From positions 83,155-147,154 of the forward strand of contig NIVC01002279.1 of the NCBI GenBank assembly GCA_002269645.1: 64,000 nt of DNA, written 5' to 3'. The notes under the pieces are model-generated. The model ran no database searches, was not told the origin of the DNA, and saw nothing but the letters and a program-made list of their open reading frames with translations. A program made the position numbers and the translations under genes. Positions within the stretch are counted from its first letter, which is position 1. Each line of letters begins with the position of its first letter. This stretch comes from Macrostomum lignano (taxonomy: Eukaryota). Below, piece after piece: positions 12,911 to 25,400 of this stretch.

Positions 12911-13601
12911 TCATCAAAATGGGGTGGTATATCCCCATATCCCCCCCCCTATTTCCGCCACTGAATAGCCAATCCTGTTGCCTGTTTATATTTGACTTTT
13001 ATTTTAATTAGTTGTAATTTCCTCATCCAAGTAGTGCATGGCCATTACATTTTTACTATTCTGTGTTAATAATCTAGAATACTACTCTCTTTGCTACAGA
13101 GATCAGTATAATGCGTGCGAATTGCACATCGCATCAAGCTGACTTACAGTAGAATTTTAATATTTTTTGTAATTGTCAATAGGCTTACTACTTTATTATA
13201 TTTGGCGCATATCCACTGCGGAATTGTTTGTGGTAGGCTCTGGTAGTCTTGATACATATTAAATTCATATTTTCATTTGCATGCTTCATAGTTCGATTAA
13301 ATATTTTTCGTCTTTGTTAATATCAATGACTATTTTCATTTTGTAGACTTGATTTATAATAATAAATTAGAGTGTGTTATTTTACTTCAAACGTTTTGTT
13401 TCGGGTGGATATCTTTGACAGAAAAATTGAATAGCGAATTCCTATTGGTCTGTACGGACTAGAAATATTACTCTGCTTGCAATTGGATGATTCTAAGAAT
13501 AAGATTTCAGAAATTTACAGCATGGATAAAAATAACATGGCCAATCAAAAATGCAAAATGATTTGAGTCTTCAGTAAATTTCATCGAATTCCATAATTTC
13601 A

Positions 13602-13910
13602 ATGAGCGCTCGGGCCTACCGCATCGCTGCGTCCTTATTTGAACTGTGCAGCCTGCCGATTGTTGCTACCAGAGCCGACAGTCAGACTACTGGCGGTAAA
13701 GGCGTCGGAGGCGCCGCGGTGCGTCTTCAATGGTGGCACTACCTGGTGATCAGCTGCTCTGTGGCGGTGCTGGCTGCCGCGGTGGCCCTGACCTGCTACT
13801 GCACTCGGTGCCGCAAGGGGGCCGCCGCCGCTGCTGCCAAGGAGGCGAAGACGGCACCACCGCAGCGCAGAGGCATGCGGTTCGGCAATACTGTTGGCAG
13901 ACTGAACTGA
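13602..13910 (+). CDS. Small putative single-pass membrane protein or exon (102 aa)
   Basis: GC-rich ORF in AT-rich context; hydrophobic WWHYLVISCSVAVLAAAVALTCYC followed by basic TRCRK. Could be an exon of a larger gene. Confidence 0.5.
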   Translation: MSARAYRIAASLFELCSLPIVATRADSQTTGGKGVGGAAVRLQWWHYLVISCSVAVLAAAVALTCYCTRCRKGAAAAAAKEAKTAPPQRRGMRFGNTVGRLN

Positions 13911-14013
13911 CCCGACTGGCTGATTGATTTCAGCAGACTTTTATGCGTACTGCTTGAAAACTGCTCTCTTCTCTGGCTGGTGGGATGGCCAGTGCATAGC
14001 TGTGCTTTGCAGA

Positions 14014-15490
14014 GAATTTAAGCGGAGATCTACTCTGCAGAGGATGGAGGGTTTAGCGGAGATCTACTCTGCAGAGGATGGAGGGTATAGCGGAGATCTA
14101 CTCTGCAGAGGATGGAGGGTTTAGCGGAGATCTACTCTGCAGAGGATGGAGGGTTTAGCGGAGATCTACTCTGCAGAGGATGGAGGGTCTAGCGGAGATC
14201 TACTCTTCAGAGGATGGAGGGTTTAGCGGAGATCTACTCTGCAGAGGATGGAGGGTTTAGCGGAGATCTACTCTGCAGAGGATGGAGGGTTTAGCGGAGA
14301 TCTACTCTGCAGAGGATGGAGGGTTTAGCGGAGATCTACTCTGCAGAGGATGGAGGGTTTAGCGGAGATCTACTCTGCAGAGGATGGAGGGTATAGCGGA
14401 GATCTACTCTGCAGAGGATGGAGGGTTTAGCGGAGATCTACTCTGCAGAGGATGGAGGGTTTAGCGGAGATCTACTCTGCAGAGGATGGAGGGTCTAGCG
14501 GAGATCTACTCTTCAGAGGATGGAGGGTTTAGCGGAGATCTACTCTGCAGAGGATGGAGGGTTTAGCGGAGATCTACTCTGCAGAGGATGGAGGGTTTAG
14601 CGGAGATCTACTCTGCAGAGGATGGAGGGTTTAGCGGAGATCTACTCTGCAGAGGATGGAGGGTTTAGCGGAGATCTACTCTGCAGAGGATGGAGGGTTT
14701 AGCGGAGATCTACTCTGCAGAGGATGGAGGGTATAGCGGAGATCTACTCTGCAGAGGATGGAGGGTTTAGCGGAGATCTACTCTGCAGAGGATGGAGGGC
14801 TTAGCGGAGATCTACTCTTCAGAGGATGGAGGGTCTAGCGGAGATCTACTCTGCAGAGGATGGAGGGTTTAGCGGAGATCTACTCTTCAGAGGATGGAGT
14901 GTTTAGCGGAGATCTACTCTTCAGAGGATGGAGGGCTTAGCGGAGATCTACTCTTCAGAGGATGGAGGGTTTAGCGGAGATCTACTCTTCAGAGGATGGA
15001 GTGTTTAGCGGAGATCTACTCTGCAGAGGATGGAGTGTTTAGCGGAGATCTACTCTTCAGAGGATGGAGTGTTTAGCGGAGATCTACTCTTCAGAGGATG
15101 GAGGGTTTAGCGGAGACCTACTCTTCAGAGGATGGAGTGTTTAGCGGAGATCTACTCTGCAGAGGATGGAGTGTTTAGCGGAGATCTACTCTGCAGCGGA
15201 TGGAGGTTTTAGCGGAGATCTACTCTGCAGAGGATGAAGGTTTTAGCGGAGATCTACTCTGCAGAGGATGGAGGTTTTAGCGGAGATCTACTCTGCAGAG
15301 GATGGAGTGTTTAGCAGAGATCTACTCTGCAGAGGATGGAGTGTTTAGCGGAGATTTACTCTGCAGAGGATGGAGTGTTTAGCGGAGATCTACTATTCTG
15401 CAGAGGATGGAGGGTTTAGCGGAGATTTACTCTGCAGAGGATGGAGTGTTTAGCGGAGATCTACTATTCTGCAGAGGATGGAGGGTTTAC
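14014..15490. repeat. 34-bp minisatellite (GCGGAGATCTACTCTGCAGAGGATGGAGGGTTTA)n, about 43 copies
   Basis: Direct periodicity; each unit contains the 10-bp palindrome CTCTGCAGAG. Confidence 0.97.
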
Positions 15491-15892
15491 ACTGCGATTT
15501 GAGAACACTTGAGCTTGGCATTTCCATAAAAAACCGAGTGTCATCACAAAAATAAATCTAAATGAGAATGTTGTTGATTTCCTCAAGCCAGTCACCCATA
15601 CTCTGATACTTGATCTCTTGAACATCTATAACATCAAATTTTTGGCTGAATGTATTTTTAAAAAATACAATCCATAAAATATCGCATGAATATTTATCAC
15701 CATATAGTACTTAGTTCAGATTTGAGTAGTAGTGTAGTAGTGTAATTTTCGTTGTGTGGATAAAGTGCACGGCGTGGACAACTTTTTTAATGTTCCTGAT
15801 GTGGATTCTCTATTTGGCCAGCTGTTCGAAACCCTTCTTCTCCATCAGGCCGGACTCTTCCAGGTTGGCCAGGGCTTCCAGAGCCGATCCTG

Positions 15893-16146
15893 TCTAGCTG
15901 ATGAAGCTGAGAGTCTGCTGTGGGTGTCTACTGATGAAGCTGAGAGTCTGCTGTGGGTGTCTATCTCCTGATGAAGCTGAGAGTCTGCTGTGGGTGTCTA
16001 TCTCCTGATGAAGCTGAGAGTCTGCTGTGGGTGTCTACTGCTGAAGCTGAGAGTCTGCTGTGGGTGTCTACTGCTGAAGCTGAGAGTCTGCTGTGGGTGT
16101 CTACTGCTGAAGCTGAGAGTCTGCTGTGGGTGTCTACTGATGAAGC
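15893..16146. repeat. 33-bp minisatellite (TGAAGCTGAGAGTCTGCTGTGGGTGTCTACTGA)n
   Basis: Direct periodicity, about 7 copies, some 35-bp variants. Confidence 0.94.
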
Positions 16147-16613
16147 TCAGATGCATCTCTATGATTTTCCCCTGGCACAGTCGGAAGGTCTGCGTTTATA
16201 ATCGAAACCGGGGAAAGAAATTCTGGACGGGAGAATCTCGGTGAAGAATTCTTGCAAGAAAATTCTTACTGAATGCTTCTACACGATACTACTGGTAGTA
16301 ACTATTAAAGTATGTCAATAGCGAATAAAGCTAGCCATGATGCCTTCGATTTGGATTTGCTTGAGCTTCCTACTTCTTGTTTTACGCAGGAGCAAGAGAG
16401 GCGACGTTGTATATTTTTATTTAGTTCACTGATACGCACTTGTCGTTAATTCTTTATACTTGATGAAACTTAAAAAGGGAACAATTAATATTTTATGATT
16501 TAGCAGCAGAGAATTGTACATCATTGACGCTGGATCAGGAAATAAAAGAGTCAATATAATAAAATTCCAATCTCATATAAAACGCGAATTCGTTGTGACG
16601 TTCAGATAGAGCT

Positions 16614-17169
16614 TTAGACAGCGTCGTCAACAACAAGGAGCGGCACGTACTCTTTGTAGATTACGGTGCCCTTTTCTGGATCAATGGCTGCCGAGAGCAT
16701 CTCCTCCAGCTCCTCGGTGGAAAATGGCTCGCCTGAAAGTTTTTGTAATCGATATATGTAAAAAAGGCCATTTGGAGCTAAATCAGCTTTAACGAAATTA
16801 AAGTTATGGTAGTCGTACCTTCCTCCACCATGTACTTCTCGATTTCTTCTTTTGTCAGATAGCCGTTGTTCTCAATGTCTAACACCTGAAATGCCTTTAG
16901 TAGCTGATCTTCTAGTGCAGGCTTGTAGCGTTTCTCTTGCAAAATCTTCATCGCAACACCAAGGAATGCATCGAAAGTGACGTACGGCAGTGGCTCTTCT
17001 TCTTCCATTTCTTTGAGAATGTCATGGAGTTCACCTTCTGTAGGACAGCAGCCAAGAGAACGAATAATCGTTCCGACTTCTCTGACGTCGACGGTTTGAT
17101 TTGCTTCGTGGTCGAATATCTCAAAAGCGTCAGCGATTCTCTTTTTCAATTCCTGCACGGCGGTATCCT
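16614..17169 (-). CDS. EFCAB2: EF-hand calcium-binding domain protein 2 / dynein regulatory complex subunit 8 (5' partial); exons 17169-16819 and 16732-16614
   Basis: Spliced protein ...AFEIFDHEANQTVDVREVGTIIRSLGCCPTEGELHD...KYMVEEG|EPFSTEELEEMLSAAIDPEKGTVIYKEY...* closely matches EFCAB2; both junctions are phase 1. First coding exon not resolved. Confidence 0.93.
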
Positions 17170-18342
17170 CTGAAAATTAAAAAAGGAAATAATTAGGCTC
17201 ACTAGGATTTACTTTCAAGTTCATCCTGACCATTTTTTATACAAATATTGTGTCACGTTTTACTACAATACATTGTAGTGACTACAATCTATAGTCTAGC
17301 ATCGATAACTGCATGTTCTTAAGTAGATCTTATAAGCCTTGTCGTTGCATTAAAAATACCTGGGTTTTCCGGAGGAAGTGCTTCTTCAGTGGCCATTCCC
17401 TTGGAATATATTATGTAGAAGCGGTCCACTCAATTGATAATGATATATTTGCGATTGCGATATCTGTTCCAGAAATTTCTCGTAAAACTTTAAAGTTAAA
17501 ATATGCTGTCTTAGATGCAAACAATTAAACAAATAAGCATTAAATGTGTTATTTAGTTAAAGAGAGAGTCATTTAAAGAATGCGTAATTTAGTAAAAGTT
17601 ACTTTTAACTTACTTATTCGCCTAATTCTATGCAAACTATAGAGTTTTAAACGGAGAACATTAATTTAAATTCTTAGTTGAATTCAAGATTCCAGGAATC
17701 TATTTTGTTACCACTGCTTATTTAATAGTAAAATTGTAATTCGTGCATTCTTGGATGCACCTGCAACACCAAATGACCCCAGCACTTCAATGGAACTTCA
17801 GCTGCCTGATGCTGTGTGCTGGTTAAATAAACGTTTGTATTCTGAGTAGCTTTCCTTAGTATTCAGATTCAGAATAGTTTTCCTGGACCTGGCAATCTTT
17901 TACTTTACTGCATTCCATTGTGTAACGCTTAACGGTATAGAGAAGTTGTGTTTAAGTTATTTGAGTAAAATGCAGCAGTGCCAAACAGCCAATCAACTTT
18001 TTTGCTAATATGCCTTCATAATGAATTATGAAATGAATACTATTGCCACTAGCATTGCTATTATTAGCCCCTAGTAACTTTAGTTACTTTTAGTTTAGTT
18101 ACTATTAGCACTAGTAAATTTTGAATTAGAAATCAGAACTAAATCACAAAATTCAAAATGAAACTGTAGTTTTTTAACTTAGCTATTCCTCATTCTATCC
18201 TATATTTTTTCTAAATTCTATACTAGAATTTATTTTTTCTATACTAGGCCTATATTTTTTATATTATACTTTCTATTTAGTAATAATACTAGCAATCTAC
18301 GCCCCCCTGAATTGATTGATCAACTGGCCAGGTTTAATACGT

Positions 18343-20310
18343 ATCTTCTCCTAGACGCTGCCAACTCAAATGTGGGACTTATATATATCAATGCAGAATT
18401 TTCCTATGCAACAAATATACTATTTTAATGTTGAAATTTTTAAAATTAAGTCTGTGAAAAAAGCAGAAAATTGAGTGATTTTGAATGATTATGCCACAAC
18501 TTTTTGCTATCTTAGCAGTGTATTTTCTCTCCAGTGGGGGGATAGGACTGTTCTAATTAAGTGACTGTGTGTATACACTTGGACCCTTGCTAATTGGTGG
18601 ACAATAAAATTCAATGCATAAACTTGCCAAGCCTCTCACTGTAACAGGCAATGAATGTAGACTAAAAAATTCAATGCTTTAAACTGGGAGATTTCAAACA
18701 TTAACTGTTCCTTGAGTTTTGAACTTTGCGAGAAGAGACTTATATTGCTGGAAAGATCTTTCAATGCTAAGTTTGGAGATATAAGTTTTTTGTTTTAAGT
18801 ATAAAAACTAAAAGCACAGCATTTAAAAAACAATTTCTATAATTTTTTAACTTTCTGCAAAGATTGTACTTTTTTTGCAAGACGCAATAAATAAATTTGG
18901 AGGCTTCAACTTCTAAATGCAGCTATGTATTGGAGAGTTGATATAGATTGTGCAATCATTTTGTTAACTTTAACTGAGACTGATACTGACTGACTAAGAA
19001 ATCAATTTTGCAATTAATTGATTCAATTGGTTAATTTTTTATTATTGATGCCTTTTAACAGGCAGCATTGTGCAGCTCTAACCCTAACCCTAGGCCTAAC
19101 CCTAACCACTGAATCCTTTTCTTTGCACATATTTAAGCCAAACAATTAGAGGCATTTTCAATACACTCCCATTTAATAGTCTAATGATTAAATTGATAGA
19201 TTTCTGCTTAAAGGAGATAATATTGATAGATATTTGTTTAACAGAGTGAATTTTGGTGAATATCGGTTTCATGGAAAGGATTTTAATGGATTAAAGTTTC
19301 ATGGAAAGGATTTTGATGGAGTTCTGTTTCAGGGAGAGAATTTTGATGGGGGCATTACAAACCCTTAAAAATCACAACTCTGAAAAGTGCTTTCCATCAT
19401 AAACCCAAAATATCACAAACCCAAAATATCATAAACCCAAAATATCATAACTCCAAAATTGATAGCAACATACATCATAAACCCAAAATATCATAAACCT
19501 CAAAAAATCACAACTCTGAAAAACAAAATAGCAACCCGCATCATAAAACCTAAAGTATCATAAACCCAAAATATCATAACTCCAAAATTGCTAGCAACGC
19601 ATATCATAAACCTAAAAAATCACAAACCTGAAATATCATATCTCCGAAAACAAAAATAGCATTGCCTATCATAAACCCGAAATATCAAAAACCCAAAATA
19701 TCATAACTCTGGAAGTTCTATCAATGTCCAACACTATTTTGGTTTTTGGAATTATGATATTTTGGGTTTATGATGGGCATTGCTAACACTTTTGGAGTTA
19801 TGATATTTTGGGTTTGTGGTATTTTGGGTTTTTGATGGGCAATGCTATTTTGCCATTTTTGGTTTTTTTGGAGTTGTGATTTTTTGGGTTTCTGATATTT
19901 TGGGTTCATGATAGGCATTGCTATTTTGTTTTTCAGAGATGATATTTCGGGTTTGTGATATTTTGGGTTTATGATAGGAAGTGCTTTTGGAGTTGTGATT
20001 TTTCAGGTTTATGATAGTGACCCATTTTGATGAGTGTCTGTTTTACAGAGAGAATTTTGATGAATATCTGTTTCATGGAAAGAATTTTTATGAATATCTG
20101 TTACTGTTTCATAGAGAGGATTTTTAGGCATTTTATTTCATGGAGAAGACTTTGAGGGATTTCTGTTTCATAGAAAGGATTTTGATGGATTTTGGAAAGC
20201 ACTTGGATGATGGGATTTGGGTCATCGGATTTAGCTGATGGATTTGAGGCATAGGATTCCAGTGATGGGAGTTCTTTCCCTTTTTCTTCCAACAGAAGAG
20301 TTGGCCTTGA
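18343..20310 (-). mobile_element. Diverged family-B Helitron-like non-autonomous element (inverted relative to the copies at 44.1-47.9 kb)
   Basis: Reverse complement starts CAAGGCCAACTC (cf. ACGAGGCCAACTCC), shares long blocks with 45040-45420 and 44130-44260, and ends TAGGAGAAGAT (cf. TATTAGGAGAAGAG). Helitron class is inferred. Confidence 0.72.
19349..20023. mobile_element. Foldback/Mutator-like MITE with internally repetitive long TIRs and a 9-bp TSD (ATTTTGATG)
   Basis: Left arm GGGGCATTACAAACC...AAAAATCACAACTC is inverted at the right end (GGGTCACTATCATAAACC...AAAAATCACAACTC). TSD copies at 19340-19348 and 20024-20032. Confidence 0.75.
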
Positions 20311-22416
20311 TGTGGCTGTAGCCTTCTGCTGCAAGCATAGGGCCACAGTCACATCTTAGGCACTTCTGTCCACTGCTAGTATCTGGAATAGAAACTGTTC
20401 TGGTGCCTCCATGCACTCTAAGCAGCCTTCCTTGGTGCTAAAAAGTTGCACAATATGGCACAATTGAGTCATCATAATGAGGCCCATTAACATAGGAAAT
20501 TAGGAAGTTTTTCTAGCCTAGGGTTAGTTAGTGGAAGCCACCAAATTTGATGCTTGCCTGTACTATTGTTGCCTAGCCTGCTATGTACAATTGCTCAGTG
20601 TATGCAAGTCTAGTTAGTTGCACTCCTCCTCTTGCGTGCTTGCTGGACCTTCTCCTCTTTGCTTTCTTGTTCCTCCGCTATCCAAGCCTCTCCCTATGCA
20701 TCATTCTATTTTTAGACTGAGGGTTTTGCAGACCCCATGTCCCAAGCCAAACCCTTTCTTTGTGTAGCCTTGTGCGCACAAGCCCAAATTTGGCATGCTA
20801 TTTTCACTGGTGGCTTGAAGCTCTGTTGGCACTTCATACAAGCTACTCTCCCCCCATGTTTAATCAATATCTGTTGTGCATCATTATCTGCACTTTTTGG
20901 GCTGCCATTCTATGGTCAGTCCATGAAATGCCCAAACACTCCATCCACATTCTATATCAATGCATGTAGGCCATTTGTCTGAATTTCTCCTCAGAACTGC
21001 CTCGTGAGGACTTGTCGAGAGCTTTCTCCAAGTTCAGCGCTCTAGTGCCGGTTAACAGCGAAGCAAAGCTCCTGAGCAGGTCTTGGTAGAGCAAAGCATC
21101 ACTAGAAGCAGATACAAGCTCCTGAGCAGGTCTTGGTAGAGCATTGCAGCGCTCAAGCAGAAAGCAAGCTCCTAAGCAGGTCTTGATAGAGCATTGCTAG
21201 TGCTATAGCTCTGGTTTTCCAGCCTACCCTATTGGCAGGAAATCAGTTGGCTGAAGCCATTCTGCTGTTTGTCTATTTGCGACACAGGTGGAAATATAAG
21301 AGTAAGAGTGAGTGTGTAGTCGCAGCACTCATGAGCAATTCTAAGAAATAGCTGTTAGCTTTAGGTAAGCCTAGAGTCTATTGCTGCTTGCAGGCACATA
21401 GACCTATTTCCTTGCCACCCATCTGTGCAAGACTAGTTAGTGCAAGTCTATTGCTGCTTCAGGCGCATAGACCTATTTCTTGCTGCCCATTTGCACAAGA
21501 TGTAGCTATTAGGTTAGTTGGAGTTAGGGTCCTCTGAGATCTAAACTCAGACACGCCCGAGTGCAGACATTTGTCAGTGCCAGGACTGCGCCACTTAGGC
21601 CATTTGCTACCATTGAGTCCTGTCATTTGGACATTGAAATATCTGAGACTAGTTGTTCAAGAGTTATTTATTTGCATGGAACCCAAACAGACCCCTTCAT
21701 TTCAGATCCTATGGTCCCCACGCTAGTGGCAGCAGTACCCTTGATCTTAGATTTCTCCCCAGTCTTAGCCCCCACAAGTATACTCAGCAAGGTTGCCTCA
21801 GACAATAGCAGTCCACCCTACCACAGAAGCCAGGAAGCCAAGTATATCACTGGTGATAGCAGTGGGACTCTCAGTAATAACACCACAGCCCAGAGCAACC
21901 AGAAAACTGAGACACATCAGCCTCGTATATATATATATATTGTCATTATATTTTATTACTTTCTATGGCAAAAATCTGTATGCATTTTATTTTATATTAT
22001 TAAAATATCTATGAAGAAAAAGAAATATCTTTGCCACATTTTCATTTGTACTTTAAATACTTTAGTCTTGTTTTTATATTTTATTTATCATTTAAATTTT
22101 ATACTGTTATATATAGTATGAAAACAAAATGTTATCGAAAAACAAAACAAAATTATGACATAATTTAACATAATATTAATATATCTTGACTTTTTTGAGA
22201 CCTCAAAACTGAGATCAAAATTGAGAAAAGTGCCAAGATCTTGAGATCAAGATAAAGATCTTGTCCCACCCCTAGTTAAGGACCTGCTAACTATTGTCTA
22301 TTGTAATTTGTATTAAATATCAATAACTTCAAATAGTTAAAATTAACCCTAAAATTTTCAGAGTTTGGACTAATTAAGACAAATAAAAACTGTCACAGAC
22401 AGTTGTCTAGACGAGC

Positions 22417-25400
22417 ATGCTGTCAGCTGATGATGCTGCTTGGAATCAGTGGCTAGCCTCGCCAGATGGTCAGGCCTATCTTCGGCTGCGTCAAAACAGC
22501 TCTGGCAATGCTGATGACAGCTTTGGTATCGGGGGAGCTCATATTGAACAGCTTTTGACTAGAGAGTTGCTAGTCGATGAAGCTGATGCTAAACAGGGTA
22601 GCGCTGGTATAGCTGCATTGGCTCAATGCCAGGATGCTGGACTGGCCCTGCCTCATCCAGCCGCGCTGTGGTCGATTGGTCGGCCAGAACGAAATGCTCA
22701 GTTTTGCAGGCGCCGGGCGGACGAGCTTCGCCAAGTGGTTGGGCGAATCGGGCATCGGTGAGCGAATTTATGGCGCAAATCAAACAGATTAGGGTGTACG
22801 AGCTAAAAGGTGTAACTGAAAGAATCTCACTAAATCAAATGAAAGAATCTCCCATCAGTCAGTCAGAGAATCTCCCATCAGTCAGTTAGAGAATCTCCCA
22901 TCAGTCAGTTAGAGAATCTCCCATCAGTCAGTTAGAGAATCTCCCATCAGTCAGTCAGAGAATCTCCAATCAGTCAGAGAATCTCCCATCAGTCAGCCAG
23001 AGAATCTCCCATCAGTCAGTTAGAGAATCTCCCATCAGTCAGCCAGAGAATCTCCCATCAGTCAGTTAGAGAATCTCCCATCAGTCAGTTAGAGAATCTC
23101 CCATCAGTCAGCCAGAGAATCTCCCATCAGTCAGTTAGAGAATCTCCCATCAGTCAGTTAGAGAATCTCCCATCAGTCAGCCAGAGAATCTCCAATCAGT
23201 CAGAGAATCTCCCATCAGTCAGCCAGAGAATCTCCCATCAGTCAGTTAGAGAATCTCCCATCAGTCAGTTATAGAATCTCCCATCAGTCAGTTAGAGAAT
23301 CTCCCATCAGTCAGTCAGAGAATCTCCCATCAATCAGTCAGAGAATCTCCCATCAGTCAGCCAGAGAATCTCCCATCAGTCAGTTAGAGAATCTCCCATC
23401 AGTCAGCCAGAGAATCTCCCATCAGTCAGTTAGAGAATCTCCCATCAGTCAGTCAGAGAATCTCCCATCAGTCAGTCAGAGAATCTCCCATCAGTCAGTC
23501 AGAGAATCTCCAATCAGTCAGAGAATCTCCCATCAGTCAGCCAGAGAATCTCCCATCAGTCAGTTAGAGAATCTCCCATCAGTCAGCCAGAGAATCTCCC
23601 ATCAGTCAGTTAGAGAATCTCCCATCAGTCAGTTAGAGAATCTCCCATCAGTCAGTTAGAGAATCTCCCATCAGTCAGTTAGAGAATCTCCCATCAGTCA
23701 GCCAGAGAATCTCCAATCAGTCAGAGAATCTCCCATCAGTCAGCCAGAGAATCTCCCATCAGTCAGTTAGAGAATCTCCCATCAGTCAGCCAGAGAATCT
23801 CCCATCAGTCAGTTAGAGAATCTCCCATCAGTCAGTCAGAGAATCTCCCATCAGTCAGTCAGAGAATCTCCCATCAGTCAGTCAGAGAATCTCCAATCAG
23901 TCAGAGAATCTCCCATCAGTCAGCCAGAGAATCTCCCATCAGTCAGTTAGAGAATCTCCCATCAGTCAGCCAGAGAATCTCCCATCAGTCAGTTAGAGAA
24001 TCTCCCATCAGTCAGTCAGAGAATCTCCCATCAGTCAGTCAGAGAATCTCCCATCAGTCAGTCAGAGAATCTCCCATCAGTCAGTCAGAGCATCTCCCAT
24101 CAGTCAGCCAGAGAATCTCCCATCAGTCAGTCAGAGAATCTCCCATCAGTCAGTTAGAGAATCTCCCATCAGTCAGCCAGAGAATCTCCCATCAGTCAGT
24201 TAGAGAATCTCCCATCAGTCAGTTAGAGAATCTCCCATCAGTCAGCCAGAGAATCTCCCATCAGTCAGCCAGAGAATCTCCCATCAGTCAGTTAGAGAAT
24301 CTCCCATCAGTCAGCCAGAGAATCTCCCATCAGTCAGCCAGAGAATCTCCCATCAGTCAGTTAGAGAATCTCCCATCAGTCAGTTAGAGAATCTCCCATC
24401 AGTCAGTCAGAGAATCTCCCATCAGTCAGCCAGAGAATCTCCCATCAGTCAGTCAGAGAATCTCCCATCAGTCAGTTAGAGAATCTCCCATCAGTCAGCC
24501 AGAGAATCTCCCATCAGTCAGCCAGAGAATCTCCCATCAGTCAGTCAGAGAATCTCCCATCAGTCAGCCAGAGAATCTCCCATCAGTCAGTTAGAGAATC
24601 TCCCATCAGTCAGCCAGAGAATCTCCCATCAGTCAGCCAGAGAATCTCCCATCAGTCAGTTAGAGAATCTCCCATCAGTCAGTTAGAGAATCTCCCATCA
24701 GTCAGTCAGAGAATCTCCCATCAGTCAGTTAGAGAATCTCCCATCAGTCAGCCAGAGAATCTCCCATCAGTCAGCCAGAGAATCTCCCATCAGTCAGTCA
24801 GAGAATCTCCCATCAGTCAGTTAGAGAATCTCCCATCAGTCAGCCAGAGAATCTCCCATCAGTCAGTTAGAGAATCTCCCATCAGTCAGTTAGAGAATCT
24901 CCCATCAGTCAGCCAGAGAATCTCCCATCAGTCAGTTAGAGAATCTCCCATCAGTCAGCCAGAGAATCTCCCATCAGTCAGCCAGAGAATCTCCCATCAG
25001 TCAGCCAGAGAATCTCCCATCAGTCAGCCAGAGAATCTCCCATCAGTCAGTCAGAGAATCTCCAATCAGTCAGAGAATCTCCAATCAGTCAGAGAATCTC
25101 CCATCAGTCAGCCAGAGAATCTCCCATCAGTCAGTCAGAGAATCTCCAATCAGTCAGAGAATCTCCCATCAGTCAGCCAGAGAATCTCCCATCAGTCAGC
25201 CAGAGAATCTCCCATCAGTCAGTCAGAGAATCTCCCATCAGTCAGTTAGAGAATCTCCCATCAGTCAGCCAGAGAATCTCCCATCAGTCAGTCAGAGAAT
25301 CTCCCATCAGTCAGTTATAGTGTAATAAGTTCGCAGAAATTGCTGCATCAATTCCGCACCAGCATCGGCGCCTCGAGCACCTACTGCGACCGCCTGCTGC

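Noticed and set aside
17170-17240. EFCAB2 first exon MVRMNLKVNP
   Set aside because: Would need a 33-bp intron; not supportable without transcript data.
22195-22273. hAT-like terminus (TAGGGGTGGG...CAAGATCTTGAGATCAAG on the minus strand)
   Set aside because: No matching opposite terminus or TSD identified.
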